This document shows positions 47,978-58,108 of a DNA stretch of 64,000 bases, piece after piece. The translations under genes and the position numbers were made by a program. The stretch's first letter is position 1. Each line of letters starts with the position of its first letter. The notes under the pieces were generated by a model. The model saw nothing but the letters and a program-made list of their open reading frames with translations, was not told where the DNA came from and did no database searches. Origin of the DNA: Calditrichia bacterium (GTDB lineage Bacteria > Calditrichota > Calditrichia > RBG-13-44-9 > J075); the NCBI GenBank assembly GCA_050633245.1, contig JBOEGD010000011.1, forward strand, positions 128,001-192,000. Direction: 5' to 3'.

Positions 47978-49066
47978 ATGAACGTACTTCATTTATCAAC
48001 AGCAAAGACCTGGCGCGGTGGTGAGCAGCAACTTGCATATTTGCTTGTTGAACTCCGCAAGATGGATGTTCAACAACAAGTTGTCTGCGTGATGAACTCT
48101 CCGATGTTTCATTTCTGTAAAGCGGAAGGTTTCGATGCCGTTGCGACAAGTAAAAAGAGCAGTCTCGATTTGCGCTATAGCTGGAGCATCGCATCTGCGG
48201 CAAGAAAATTCAGCCCCGAAATTGTCCACTCTCATGATTCTCATGCACATTCATTTGCGCTTTATTCAAAGCTATTCCGTCGATTTCAAATTAATCTGAT
48301 TGCCAGCAGACGCGTCGACTTTCCAGTAGGCCAGTCTATTAGTGCAAAGTGGAAGTATCGCAATCCCGAGGTGAAGAAGATCCTCTGCGTAAGTGATGCC
48401 ATTCGTGATATAATGTTGCGTTCGGTTGATAGCGAGCGATTGGCAACCGTTTACAGTGGAATCGACGCTGAACGCTTTCGGTTTTCTGCGGACGGAAGAC
48501 TGCGAAAGCTGGCAAACCTTTCTCAGAACATAAAGCTGATTGGAAATGTTGCGGCACTGGCTCCACACAAAGATTATCCAACGTTCCTTAACACCGCCAA
48601 ACAGGTCTTGTCCGAGCGAAATGACGTACATTTTTTCCTGATAGGGGAGGGAGGCCTACGTTCTGAACTGGAAGGGCTGTGTCGCGAATTGCAGATCGAA
48701 AAACACGTAACTTTTTGTGGTTTTCGGGATGATATTGAATACCTGTTGCCGGAACTGGACGTTTTCTTGATTTCTTCTGAAACTGAGGGATTGGGGACCT
48801 CAATCTTAGATGCATTTGCTGCTGGTGTTGCGGTTGTTGCCACTGCGGCAGGGGGTATTCCCGAACTGGTGTTGCCTGAAAAGACTGGTCTCCTCTGTCC
48901 CGTTAAAGATGAAGCATGTTTATCTAAGGCTGTTCATCGCATGCTTGATGAAGTAAATCTTGCCAAGAGATTAACTACAGGCGCTAAGCAGCATGTTCAA
49001 AAGTTTTATAAAGGTGAGACCGCTAAACGAACGTTGGAGATCTACAGGAATATTTTAGAGCGTTGA
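47978..49066 (+). CDS. GT4 glycosyltransferase
   Basis: 'WRGGEQQ', 'SRRVDFP', 'HKD', 'EGLGTSILDA', 'GGIPE'. Confidence 0.88.
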   Translation: MNVLHLSTAKTWRGGEQQLAYLLVELRKMDVQQQVVCVMNSPMFHFCKAEGFDAVATSKKSSLDLRYSWSIASAARKFSPEIVHSHDSHAHSFALYSKLFRRFQINLIASRRVDFPVGQSISAKWKYRNPEVKKILCVSDAIRDIMLRSVDSERLATVYSGIDAERFRFSADGRLRKLANLSQNIKLIGNVAALAPHKDYPTFLNTAKQVLSERNDVHFFLIGEGGLRSELEGLCRELQIEKHVTFCGFRDDIEYLLPELDVFLISSETEGLGTSILDAFAAGVAVVATAAGGIPELVLPEKTGLLCPVKDEACLSKAVHRMLDEVNLAKRLTTGAKQHVQKFYKGETAKRTLEIYRNILER

Positions 49067-49080
49067 CCTAAATGCCTTCC

Positions 49081-49839
49081 TCATTTCGGTGCCTTCGCAT
49101 TCTGCATTTCCCACAACTTTAAATATTTCAGGAAGACATAGAAGCTACCGGAAAGAGCGATTGTTAAACCTACAGTGCCGTCGAGAAACCCCTTCTTGAT
49201 AAGAAAGGATTTGATGAACTTGAAAAACGGATTTAGCAATAGCTTGGAAAGCGTTGCTCGCTTGCCTTTTTTTTGCAGTTCTTCAGCAGATATGGTTGTA
49301 AAGTTGTTTATGGTTTGAATATGCGCACTGACGTTCTCATAGGAATAGTGGTAAAGATCTCCGCTGAGAAATTCTGTAGCTGAGTTTATTTCAATGCGGT
49401 CGTGTGGATTGGTGCCGCCCCAGCTGGCTTTACGCCTGTCGAATAATCTCACTTTATAATCAGGATACCAGCCGCTGTGATTAATCCATTTTCCCAGGTA
49501 GTAGACTTTGCGAGCCAGGTGATAGCCACCGCATGGGAAGCCGGACTTCTGGGCTGATAGAATCGATTCTCGCAGCTCTGGAGACACTTCTTCATCGGCA
49601 TCGAGAGAGAATATCCAGTTGTTTGATGCTGTTTCCCGGGCAAAGTTCTTTTGCTGTATGTGTCCGGGCCAATCGCGCTGAATAACTTTGTCAGTATATT
49701 CACGTGCAATTTGCACAGTGTTGTCTTTACTGTGTGAGTCGATTACAATGATTTCATCGGCCCATTTTACACTTTCCAGACAGCGTCGGATATTTTTTTC
49801 TTCGTTAAATGTTATCACCGTTGCAGAAATTTTTTCCAC
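49081..49839 (-). CDS. GT2 glycosyltransferase, WaaE/KdtX/LgtF-like LPS core beta-glucosyltransferase
   Basis: 'ITFNEE.NI..CLESV', 'DSHSKD', 'SLDADE', 'GWYPD', 'GFLDG'. Confidence 0.85.
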   Translation of the reverse strand: MEKISATVITFNEEKNIRRCLESVKWADEIIVIDSHSKDNTVQIAREYTDKVIQRDWPGHIQQKNFARETASNNWIFSLDADEEVSPELRESILSAQKSGFPCGGYHLARKVYYLGKWINHSGWYPDYKVRLFDRRKASWGGTNPHDRIEINSATEFLSGDLYHYSYENVSAHIQTINNFTTISAEELQKKGKRATLSKLLLNPFFKFIKSFLIKKGFLDGTVGLTIALSGSFYVFLKYLKLWEMQNAKAPK

Positions 49840-50985
49840 TCAGGCCTCCATTTGTTTCTGTTTTAGCAAGTGGCGATAAATGTGCAGCGTCTCACGAGCG
49901 AATGTTTCATAGCTAAATTTTTGCTCTGCATGCACGCGTGCATTCTTCCCAAGTTGTTTGCATAGCGATCTGTCCTTTGCAAAGTCTATCAGCCTGGCTG
50001 CAAGCGCTTTCGCACTAGCCGCCGGGAAAGTGGCGCCATTTTCTCCGTCAATAATCATTTCCGGTAAAATATTAATTCTGCTGCTGATAACCGGTTTGCC
50101 CATTGCCATGTATTCGGCGGCAATTCGACAAATGACCTCAGATCCTGTTGAGCAGATCACGCCAACGTCAAGTGTTTGTATAATATCGCGCACGTCATTT
50201 GCTTTACCTAAAAATCGCAGGCTCTTATCTATCTCAAGTTCTCGTGCTCTTTCGATCAATTCATCCATGCTGATCTCAAAATCTTCGCCGCTAATTATAA
50301 ATATGCTCTCCGGGCATTCCTTATGCGCGAGCGCAGCAGCTTCCAGAAAAGTTACGTGATCTTTTACCGGTGAAAGACGAGCAATGAGTCCGAAAACGCA
50401 TGACTCCTCGGGAATCTGAAGCGCCTCTCGCATGTCCGATTGATATTCCGAAAAAAAATGATCTGTATCTACAGCACTATAGACAACGCTGCTTTTCTGA
50501 GCAAGGTGCGGCCAGATTTTCAGATAGCGATTGCGAATAGCATGACAGCTAAAAATGATGTAGTCTATAGCGGAGATGTGCAGGTGCCGGTTGATGGCAT
50601 TGTTCTTCGGTGCGCGAACGTCGCTAACGCTACGAATGAGAATTGGCTTGTCGCGAAGCTGTTTCCTTGCAAGATAACCAAACAGGACATCTTGCGGTCG
50701 ATGAGCAGAAATGATTTGAATTGATCGCTGCTTGATTGCGCTTTTGAGTCTTGTGATGCTCTTGCTAAGCGTGATAGGATTGTTGGACTCAAAGTCCAGC
50801 GTATCCAGAGTGTCAAGATGCCAGGCGGCAGCTTTTTCCAGTGGCGGACTTCCGGCGCGCCCGGCAACTAATGCAGAGTGTCCGGCTTCGTGAAGGACTT
50901 TGGCTAATGAAACGGCATAATAAGCATTCGCATTCCACCAGCGCACAGAAATCATCTGTGCAGAAGATGTAGGCAAGAGATCCAT
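49840..50985 (-). CDS. GT4 glycosyltransferase
   Basis: 'VRWWNA', 'ARLSPVKDH', 'SE.ICRIAAEYMAMGKPVI'. Confidence 0.82.
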   Translation of the reverse strand: MDLLPTSSAQMISVRWWNANAYYAVSLAKVLHEAGHSALVAGRAGSPPLEKAAAWHLDTLDTLDFESNNPITLSKSITRLKSAIKQRSIQIISAHRPQDVLFGYLARKQLRDKPILIRSVSDVRAPKNNAINRHLHISAIDYIIFSCHAIRNRYLKIWPHLAQKSSVVYSAVDTDHFFSEYQSDMREALQIPEESCVFGLIARLSPVKDHVTFLEAAALAHKECPESIFIISGEDFEISMDELIERARELEIDKSLRFLGKANDVRDIIQTLDVGVICSTGSEVICRIAAEYMAMGKPVISSRINILPEMIIDGENGATFPAASAKALAARLIDFAKDRSLCKQLGKNARVHAEQKFSYETFARETLHIYRHLLKQKQMEA

Positions 50986-51038
50986 TGGTGCAGAATATAG
51001 GCTGGTGTAGTGAAAGAGTCAACTTCCGGCAAAGATAC

Positions 51039-51653
51039 TCAGCCGCTGTTTGCGTTTAGTGCAGGGTGATTCAGTGCAGATAAATGTGAGTTATCATTAA
51101 GAATGCTGGCCTTCCAGCTGCCGGATTTGTAGTGAAAAAGATTGATACCCGCCCGCGTGGTGCGATAAACCTCTTTGTCTTCCGGATGAAGCCCCAGGAC
51201 ATGCCTTACAAACCAGGCTATTGCCGCGCCATGCGAAACGACCAAAGCGCTTTCGCCGATATGGCGCTCTGCAATTTCATGCATTGCCTCAGCCATGCGT
51301 CCTACCACTTCTTCACGAGTTTCGCTTTGCGAGTGCCAAGACAAAACGGGATGTCCTTCCGGGTCATCAGTATCACCCCAGCGTCCTTCGCGCAATCTGT
51401 TATCTGTAGAAATATCAAGGCCTTTACTGCTTGCAACCGGTGCGGCGGTGTCTATTGCCCTCCTCAAATCGCTGCTATAAACAGCCTGAAGAGGCTGAGT
51501 AGATAACCGCTGGGCGAGCAGCGCAGCCATATCATGTCCGATGTCGCTTAATGGCGTATCAATATGACCTTGGCGTTTTCCTTTGATGTTCCACCAGGTT
51601 AGTGCATGCGGCGTAATTATTATATTGGCTTCGCTCAACTTAATTCTCTCCAA
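51039..51653 (-). CDS. Histidine phosphatase family protein (GpmB/PhoE-like) with altered RHG motif
   Basis: 'TPHALTWWN...QG..DTPLS', 'YSSDLRRA..TA', 'LRE', 'VVSHG'. Confidence 0.8.
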   Translation of the reverse strand: MERIKLSEANIIITPHALTWWNIKGKRQGHIDTPLSDIGHDMAALLAQRLSTQPLQAVYSSDLRRAIDTAAPVASSKGLDISTDNRLREGRWGDTDDPEGHPVLSWHSQSETREEVVGRMAEAMHEIAERHIGESALVVSHGAAIAWFVRHVLGLHPEDKEVYRTTRAGINLFHYKSGSWKASILNDNSHLSALNHPALNANSG

Positions 51654-52323
51654 GTAGCTGTTTTAGAACCGGCGCAAGATACGTCCATACATTCTCTGCC
51701 ACCAGCTTATGCCCCTCGGCTGTAGGGTGAATTTGGTCGGGTAGGTTTAATTCTGGAACTCCACCAACGCCTTCTAAAAGAAATGGAATTAACGTCACGC
51801 TATTTGCTTTTGCGATGCCCGGATAAATTTTGCGAAACTTTGCAGCATAGTCATCACCCATATTGGGGGGGACTTCCATACCTGCTAAAACAATTGTCAT
51901 ATCAGGATGTTTTTTGCGCGCCTTGTCGATTATTCCCTGCAGGTTCTTTTCTGTCAGATCTACGGGAATACCGCGAAGACCGTCATTGCCACCGAGTTCA
52001 ATAACCAGAACATCGACTTTCTGTTTTAGCAGCCAGTTAATTCGACGTAGTCCGCCAGAGGTCGTCTCGCCACTTAATCCGGCGTTAACCACTTTGAAAG
52101 CCCAGTCCAATGAGTCAATTTTAGCCTCGATCCGTGCGGGGAATGCTTCCTGCGGATCTAAACCATACCCGGCGCTCAAACTATTACCTAAAAATAAAAT
52201 TGTGCGAAGTTCTGTATCATCATCGCTGTTTGAATCATCTGAATAAATGAATTGCAGCGGTGCAATTATTCCAGTGGCAATGAGCAATATCAAAAGTGAA
52301 AACGTCTTGAAATTAGTTATCAT
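51640..52323 (-). CDS. tesA: SGNH arylesterase/acyl-CoA thioesterase I
   Basis: 'LGNSLSAGYG', 'NAGLSGETT', 'ELGGNDGLRG', 'DQIHP'; divergent from ybbAP. Confidence 0.88.
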   Translation of the reverse strand: MITNFKTFSLLILLIATGIIAPLQFIYSDDSNSDDDTELRTILFLGNSLSAGYGLDPQEAFPARIEAKIDSLDWAFKVVNAGLSGETTSGGLRRINWLLKQKVDVLVIELGGNDGLRGIPVDLTEKNLQGIIDKARKKHPDMTIVLAGMEVPPNMGDDYAAKFRKIYPGIAKANSVTLIPFLLEGVGGVPELNLPDQIHPTAEGHKLVAENVWTYLAPVLKQLLGEN

Positions 52324-52419
52324 AATTATACCTTTCCAATCGAAACATCGTCGGCTTCATCTCGTTAGATGGTTGACAATGTAATAAGGTTCCAAACAAA
52401 AATTGAAAAGATTATTCAA

Positions 52420-53127
52420 ATGATAGAAAAACCAATCTTAGAAGTTGTGGATTTAACCCGAAGTTTTACCTCGGGCTCCCGTCATTTAACCGTTTTAAAA
52501 GGCGTAAACTTTTCTATTGAAGCGGGAACGACAAATGCAATAATTGGTCAATCCGGCAGCGGTAAAACAACCCTGCTTGGCCTTTGTGCAGGACTGGATA
52601 GACCGTCTTCAGGCACTGTTGCAATTAACGGGCAGCGGCTGGATCCGCTAAGCGAAGACGAACGTGCTGCCGTGCGAAATAAAGAAGTCGGTTTTGTTTT
52701 TCAGAATTTTCAGCTTATCCCAACGCTAACAGCACTGGAAAATATTATGGTGCCGCTTGAGTTGCGTGGCGAACACAATATTCAACCTCGCGCTGAAGAA
52801 TTGTTGAATCGTGTGGGATTGGCCAAGCGTTTTGACCACTATCCCATACAGCTTTCCGGTGGTGAGCAGCAACGTGTTGCGTTTGCTCGAGCCTTTATAA
52901 ATGACCCGACTATCTTGTTTGCCGATGAACCAACGGGAAACCTGGATGCGGAGACCAGTGATAATATTGAAAATCTGCTGTTCGATTTGAATCGGGAAAA
53001 AGGGACAACCCTGGTTCTGGTAACTCATGATCCCGGTCTTGCTGAACGAACCGGACGTGTGATCCGGCTACACGGTGGAGAAGTTCTCTCTGATGTGAAA
53101 AATGAATCCATTACGACAACGGTTTAA
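52420..53127 (+). CDS. ybbA: ABC transporter ATP-binding protein (YbbA/LolD-like)
   Basis: 'GQSGSGKTT', 'LSGGEQQRVA', 'FADEPTGNLD', 'VTHD'. Confidence 0.88.
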   Translation: MIEKPILEVVDLTRSFTSGSRHLTVLKGVNFSIEAGTTNAIIGQSGSGKTTLLGLCAGLDRPSSGTVAINGQRLDPLSEDERAAVRNKEVGFVFQNFQLIPTLTALENIMVPLELRGEHNIQPRAEELLNRVGLAKRFDHYPIQLSGGEQQRVAFARAFINDPTILFADEPTGNLDAETSDNIENLLFDLNREKGTTLVLVTHDPGLAERTGRVIRLHGGEVLSDVKNESITTTV

Positions 53128-53132
53128 AACAT

Positions 53133-55697
53133 ATGAATAACCAAGATAAAGTAACTAAAAGGCCTCTGTTTTTTGATGGCTGGTTGTGGAAAATGGCGTG
53201 GCGCGATAGCAGACAAAATCGTAGTCGTCTCTTTCTCTTTATGTCTGCAATTATCATCGGTGTCGCAGCACTTGTGGCTATCAGTTCGTTCGGCGATAAC
53301 CTGAAACAAGCGGTTCAAGATCAGGCAAAGTCTATCCTCGGTGCCGATTTATTGATGCGCTCACGGCAAGCCTTTACCGAACCCGGGAAAGCTATGCTGG
53401 ACTCTATCGGTGGGCAACAGAGCTATGAAACGGCTTTTGCATCAATGGCCTTTTTTCCGAAAAACCAAAATAGCAGACTTGTACAAATTCGCGGATTGGG
53501 TGATGGATTTCCGTTCTATGGCGAGATTGAAACCACACCTGCGACTGCAGCCTCTGCTTTTAGGGATGGTCGTGGAGCGCTTGTTGATCAATCTTTGCTG
53601 CTACAGTACGATCTTCAGGTTGGAGACTCTGTAAGAATTGGCGCAAGTCTTTTCGCTATCGTCGGTAGATTGGATAAAGTGCCGGGACAGAATGAGGCGG
53701 CAGCTGCTATTGCTCCAAGAGTATACATTCCACTGAATGAGGTCGAAAAGACCAATCTGATTCGTTTTGGCAGCCGCGTTTTTTATAACGTCTATTTCAA
53801 GTTTGATAATAATTATGATGTTTCCGGCATGTTGGATGCCGTTGACGAAAAGCTGCATGAAGAAAACATAACCGCCGTTACGGCAGATCAGAGAAGTCGC
53901 TCGCTCGGCAATGTAATGAATAATCTTTATGGCTTTCTGAACCTGGTTGCATTTACGGCATTGCTTTTGGGTGGAATTGGTGTTGCCAGTTCAGTGCATG
54001 TCTATATTAGGCAGAAGTTGGCATCGGTTGCTGTCTTGCGCTGTGTTGGCGCTAGTATAGCGCAAACCTTCTCGATCTATTTGATTCAAACCGGCGTTAT
54101 GGGATTGATTGGTGCGATTCTTGGCGCGGCACTGGGCGTTGCAATTCAGCTCTTTCTACCCCAGCTTTTTAGTGATTTCCTGGTAGTCGATCTTGAGTTT
54201 ACCGTTTCCTGGCCAGCTATTTTGAAAGGCTTGGTTGTTGGATTCGGCATGACGCTGTTGTTTGCCTTGCTTCCGTTGCTTGCGGTGCGCAACGTTTCAC
54301 CCTTAATGGCGCTTCGAGCATCATTTGAGGAAAAGTCTGCGGTGCGAGATATTCCTCGTTTGCTGACACTGGCCGTATTGGGGTTTAGCACCTGGTTATT
54401 TGCCGTTTATCAAACCGGAAGCGGCTTGCGCGGAACGTTTTTTACCGTCGGTGTTTTTGCTGCATTTCTAATACTTGCAGGAGTCGCTAAACTATTGATT
54501 TGGGCGGTGCGCCGCTTTTTCCCTGGTGGATTTCGCTATGAGCTGCGTCAGAGCCTGGCAAATCTTTATCGCCCAAATAACCAAACACTAATTCTTGTTA
54601 CTGCAATTGGATTAGGCGCTTTTCAAATTACAACGCTCTATCTAACGCAGAACTCCCTGCTCAATCAGGTGACTACCGTTGACGCTGAGGGACAACCCAA
54701 TATGATTCTCTTCGACATCCAGGTCGATCAACAAGAAGCGATTGAGGAGATCGTGCGGCAAAATGATCTTCCCGTGATGCAGAGTGTTCCGATTGTAACA
54801 ATGCGTCTGGCCAGTGTTAAAGGACAAAGCGTGCAGGATATTCGGGGAGACAGTACGAGTACGGTTCCGAACTGGGCATTGGTTCGGGAATACCGGTCCA
54901 CATATCGCGATTCGCTAAATGATACTGAAGAGATTATCGCCGGATCCTGGCAGGGACGAATCGATCCCGTTGCCGGCCCGATTCCGGTATCTCTGGATGA
55001 AGGAATTGCTGAAAACCTTGGTGTAACACTTGGTGATAGCCTGGGTATCAATGTGCAGGGCGTAGTAATGGATGTTGTTGTTGGAAGCCTGCGCAAGGTA
55101 AATTGGCAGCGGGTTCAACCAAATTTCCTGATTCTCTTTCCGAGTGGTATTCTGGAAGACGCACCACAGATCTATGTTGTTGTCACAAGAACCCCGACGG
55201 CGGAAGCATCAGCTAAACTCCAGCGTGAGGTGATTTCCGGGTATCCGAACGTCTCTGCTGTCGATACAACTTTGATTGTGCACACTGTTCGTTCAATCCT
55301 CGATCGTATTTCGTTCATTATTCGCTTCATGGCACTTTTTAGCATCTTAACCGGGCTTATTGTGTTGATGGCAGCCGTAATTACAACTCGTTTCCAAAGA
55401 GCGCGTGAAAGTGTGCTGCTGCGAACGCTCGGTGCAAGAACCTCGCAAATTCGATCGATCATAGGCATGGAATATATCTTTCTGGGATGTCTTTCTGCCC
55501 TCACCGGTATTCTGCTGGCGATGATCTCCACCTGGATACTTTCTTACTATGTCTTTGATGTGGTGTTTGTCCCGGACTTTACCGGTATGCTGCTGATCGG
55601 TGCCGGAATTGCACTTCTTACCGGTGGCCTAGGCATTGCGAACTCCAGAGGAATAGCTACCCGTTCCCCACTTGAAATTTTACGCGCAGAGGGCTAA
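53133..55697 (+). CDS. ybbP: YbbP-type ABC permease (double FtsX/MacB)
   Basis: 'AWRDSR', 'FPFYG', two FtsX TM blocks, 'PN..LFDIQ', 'RKVNW...PNF', 'LLRTLGA'. Confidence 0.85.
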   Translation: MNNQDKVTKRPLFFDGWLWKMAWRDSRQNRSRLFLFMSAIIIGVAALVAISSFGDNLKQAVQDQAKSILGADLLMRSRQAFTEPGKAMLDSIGGQQSYETAFASMAFFPKNQNSRLVQIRGLGDGFPFYGEIETTPATAASAFRDGRGALVDQSLLLQYDLQVGDSVRIGASLFAIVGRLDKVPGQNEAAAAIAPRVYIPLNEVEKTNLIRFGSRVFYNVYFKFDNNYDVSGMLDAVDEKLHEENITAVTADQRSRSLGNVMNNLYGFLNLVAFTALLLGGIGVASSVHVYIRQKLASVAVLRCVGASIAQTFSIYLIQTGVMGLIGAILGAALGVAIQLFLPQLFSDFLVVDLEFTVSWPAILKGLVVGFGMTLLFALLPLLAVRNVSPLMALRASFEEKSAVRDIPRLLTLAVLGFSTWLFAVYQTGSGLRGTFFTVGVFAAFLILAGVAKLLIWAVRRFFPGGFRYELRQSLANLYRPNNQTLILVTAIGLGAFQITTLYLTQNSLLNQVTTVDAEGQPNMILFDIQVDQQEAIEEIVRQNDLPVMQSVPIVTMRLASVKGQSVQDIRGDSTSTVPNWALVREYRSTYRDSLNDTEEIIAGSWQGRIDPVAGPIPVSLDEGIAENLGVTLGDSLGINVQGVVMDVVVGSLRKVNWQRVQPNFLILFPSGILEDAPQIYVVVTRTPTAEASAKLQREVISGYPNVSAVDTTLIVHTVRSILDRISFIIRFMALFSILTGLIVLMAAVITTRFQRARESVLLRTLGARTSQIRSIIGMEYIFLGCLSALTGILLAMISTWILSYYVFDVVFVPDFTGMLLIGAGIALLTGGLGIANSRGIATRSPLEILRAEG

Positions 55698-55766
55698 CTG
55701 CGAAGAATGTGACTTTGCCTTCTTTCTTGTGTCTAAGTTAGTAATCATAAACAAGAAGGGAGGCAT

Positions 55767-56327
55767 ATGTTGTTTTTACAACAACTGGCAAGTGTGGTGG
55801 CAATTATTGGTCTGCTGGCAGGGTTTCGTGTCTTTTCCCCTGAGAGAGGCCCGGTACCAGAAACATATTTAGCAGATCAGATAATCTTTGCTTTGGATGA
55901 AGGCGCTGCGCTGATAAAAGAAGCGAAGCGAGAGGATGCAGATATTTTAGCACCGCACCACTTCAACAATGCAATGGTGGCCTATAATGAAGCGCGCATT
56001 TTACATTCGAGAAGATTAAGTTCTCCCGCGATAATGCAAAAAGCTACCGCAACAGTTGCTAAATTTAACATGGCAATCAGATATGCGCGTATGAATAAGA
56101 AGTCAATGGAAAAAGCGATAAAGCTCAGGCGAACGGCAGGCATGCTTCCTGCGGATGATGGGCTTGTTGAGCTTTGGCATGAGGCTGAGCTGCATTTTCA
56201 GGAAGCTGCGTCGGAATATGAAAATGATCGCCCTGCCAGTGGGAAAAGAGCCACAGCAAATGCCGTGAATATCTATAAAGAACTGCTTAAACGAGCTGCC
56301 GATCTAAACGAATTACCGAAGGCATAA
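55767..56327 (+). CDS. Hypothetical membrane-anchored alpha-helical protein (DUF4398-like)
   Basis: GGAGG SD; N-terminal hydrophobic segment; 'A..EDA.ILAP.HF..A...Y.EA' helical pattern. Confidence 0.55.
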   Translation: MLFLQQLASVVAIIGLLAGFRVFSPERGPVPETYLADQIIFALDEGAALIKEAKREDADILAPHHFNNAMVAYNEARILHSRRLSSPAIMQKATATVAKFNMAIRYARMNKKSMEKAIKLRRTAGMLPADDGLVELWHEAELHFQEAASEYENDRPASGKRATANAVNIYKELLKRAADLNELPKA

Positions 56328-56414
56328 CTATAAGTCGGTTGCCCCGGGCCTCACGGTTGAATCCTCCCCTCAATTGTATTACTTTATAACTGCACCTAAT
56401 GCGGGATACTATCT

Positions 56415-57308
56415 TTGCTTCCACTTAATCGATCGTTTGCTTTTTTTGTTAATCCTGTCTCCAGAGACGGCTACACGTTTCGTCAATTTCAAATCGCCAT
56501 CAAGAAAATTCCTGTTTTACTCGAGGCGTCTAAAATTTATCAGACCTCAACAGTAGACAATATGCTTGTTGAGCTCTCGTCGCTTCCAATCTCGACTGTC
56601 GCTGTCGCCGTTGGTGGAGATGGCACGGTTAACATGCTTGCGCAGGTGATTTTAAAAGAAGGCAAAGGCCGTGTAATGGGGGTTGTGCCTTTCGGAACGG
56701 GCAATGCTGTAGCGCATCAACTTGGTGCAAGTAGCAGAAAAAGGGCATTTGAAATTTTGATAAGTGGACAGCCGCTTGCGCTAGATGTTATGAAGACAAA
56801 TCATCCCGATGCTCCGTTGGCGCTCATTTCGTTTAGTTGTGGCTTTGAGGCAACTCTGCTTTATCATTATGCAAGAGGGAGAAAGACAAATCGTCGTATT
56901 GCAGGAGCGAATGCCTTTCTCAGGACGCTCGGTAAGGCCAACCGGCATGTCGTTTTGAAACTGGATGATGAATCTGTATTGAACGAAGATAACTTTTTCT
57001 ACAATGCCGGGTTGTATGTTATAAAGAAATATGCTTATGGCATCAACATGAATATTGAAGCGCAATTAGATGATGGTTTAGCAGAATTTCTTGTTCACAA
57101 GACCGCGCTTAGTTATTGGCGGGATCTTCTCGGAGCCGGCGCTTTCGGCAAGCCGGGAAAGCGCGAGCCAATTCAACGCTGGAAAAATGCCATTTTTCAT
57201 GCACCTGACGGTTTGCAGTGTGATGGAGAATCGATTTCTGGTGGTACTGTTGAGCTGGAGGTGCTGCCAGAGGCATTAACTTTTCTTGAGGAGAAAGATG
57301 ATGAATAG
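56415..57308 (+). CDS. Diacylglycerol/lipid kinase family protein
   Basis: 'FVNPVS', 'VGGDGT', 'VPFGTGNA', 'LDDG', 'QCDGE'. Confidence 0.85.
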   Translation: MLPLNRSFAFFVNPVSRDGYTFRQFQIAIKKIPVLLEASKIYQTSTVDNMLVELSSLPISTVAVAVGGDGTVNMLAQVILKEGKGRVMGVVPFGTGNAVAHQLGASSRKRAFEILISGQPLALDVMKTNHPDAPLALISFSCGFEATLLYHYARGRKTNRRIAGANAFLRTLGKANRHVVLKLDDESVLNEDNFFYNAGLYVIKKYAYGINMNIEAQLDDGLAEFLVHKTALSYWRDLLGAGAFGKPGKREPIQRWKNAIFHAPDGLQCDGESISGGTVELEVLPEALTFLEEKDDE

Positions 57309-58062
57309 AGCCGGATGGGATTTAACAGGAAAACGCGCCGTCGTAACCGGTGGCTCAAGTGGAATAGGCAAAGCGATTGCGCTTGAATTGTTGTCATTTG
57401 GAGCGCATGTATTAATTGTTGCCCGAGGGCAGGAAAAGTTGAGCGCAGCACGCGAAGAGTTACTCCAAATGTCTGAACACGTGGAGGTCCTTTCGGCTGA
57501 TCTTGCTACGGAAGAAGGGCGACAAAAAGTCGTTGGTGCCAGCGAAAAGGGCTGCGACATTCTTATCAATAATGTTGGCACAAATATTCGAAAAGGCCTG
57601 GAAGACTATACCGATGAAGAAATTGACTCAATTTTTAGCATAAATCTTTTTTCCACGATAGACCTGTGTCGAAAGTTTTATTCGCTCTTAAAAAATTCCG
57701 AGGCTGCAAGCATCGTAAATATAGGTTCGGTCGCCGGACACACCCACATCCGAACGGGATCTCCCTATGGCATGACAAAGGCTGCACTCGAGCAGCTTAC
57801 CAGAAATCTTTCTGCGGAATGGGCAGCAGATGGAATTCGCATTAATCTGGTTGCCCCGTGGTATATCAATACGCCGCTGGTACAGCCTGTTCTAGCAAAA
57901 GAGGATTATCTGCGGGATGTCTTGAGGCGAACCCCGATGAATCGTATTGGTAAGCCGGAAGAAGTAGGTGGAGTTGCCGCATTCTTATGTCTGCCAATCG
58001 CAGGATATATTACCGGACAGACGATCTCGGTAGATGGCGGGTTTAGCGTTTATGGTTTTTGA
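57298..58062 (+). CDS. SDR oxidoreductase, tropinone reductase-like
   Basis: 'TGGSSGIG', 'INNVGTN', 'YGMTK', 'APWYINTPL', 'DGG'. Confidence 0.88.
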   Translation: MMNRAGWDLTGKRAVVTGGSSGIGKAIALELLSFGAHVLIVARGQEKLSAAREELLQMSEHVEVLSADLATEEGRQKVVGASEKGCDILINNVGTNIRKGLEDYTDEEIDSIFSINLFSTIDLCRKFYSLLKNSEAASIVNIGSVAGHTHIRTGSPYGMTKAALEQLTRNLSAEWAADGIRINLVAPWYINTPLVQPVLAKEDYLRDVLRRTPMNRIGKPEEVGGVAAFLCLPIAGYITGQTISVDGGFSVYGF

Positions 58063-58066
58063 CAGG

Positions 58067-58100
58067 AAAAAGAAAAGCCGCCGAACAGATGCTCGGCGGC
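58067..58100 (-). terminator. Terminator between convergent SDR and abgT
   Basis: GCCGCCGA-N8-TCGGCGGC with A-tract on the left (U-tract on the minus strand). Confidence 0.8.
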
Positions 58101-58108
58101 CAAAGTAT

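Noticed and set aside
47448-48203. 251-aa minus-strand ORF and other shadow ORFs (e.g. 588-1265, 4131-4631, 45914-46399)
   Set aside because: Antisense to well-supported genes and no recognisable motifs
52175-52195. GNSL instead of GDSL in TesA
   Set aside because: The catalytic Ser is intact and this variant is, to my recall, common in FCB arylesterases
51640-55697. tesA divergent from ybbAP as a novel system
   Set aside because: Same arrangement is known from E. coli
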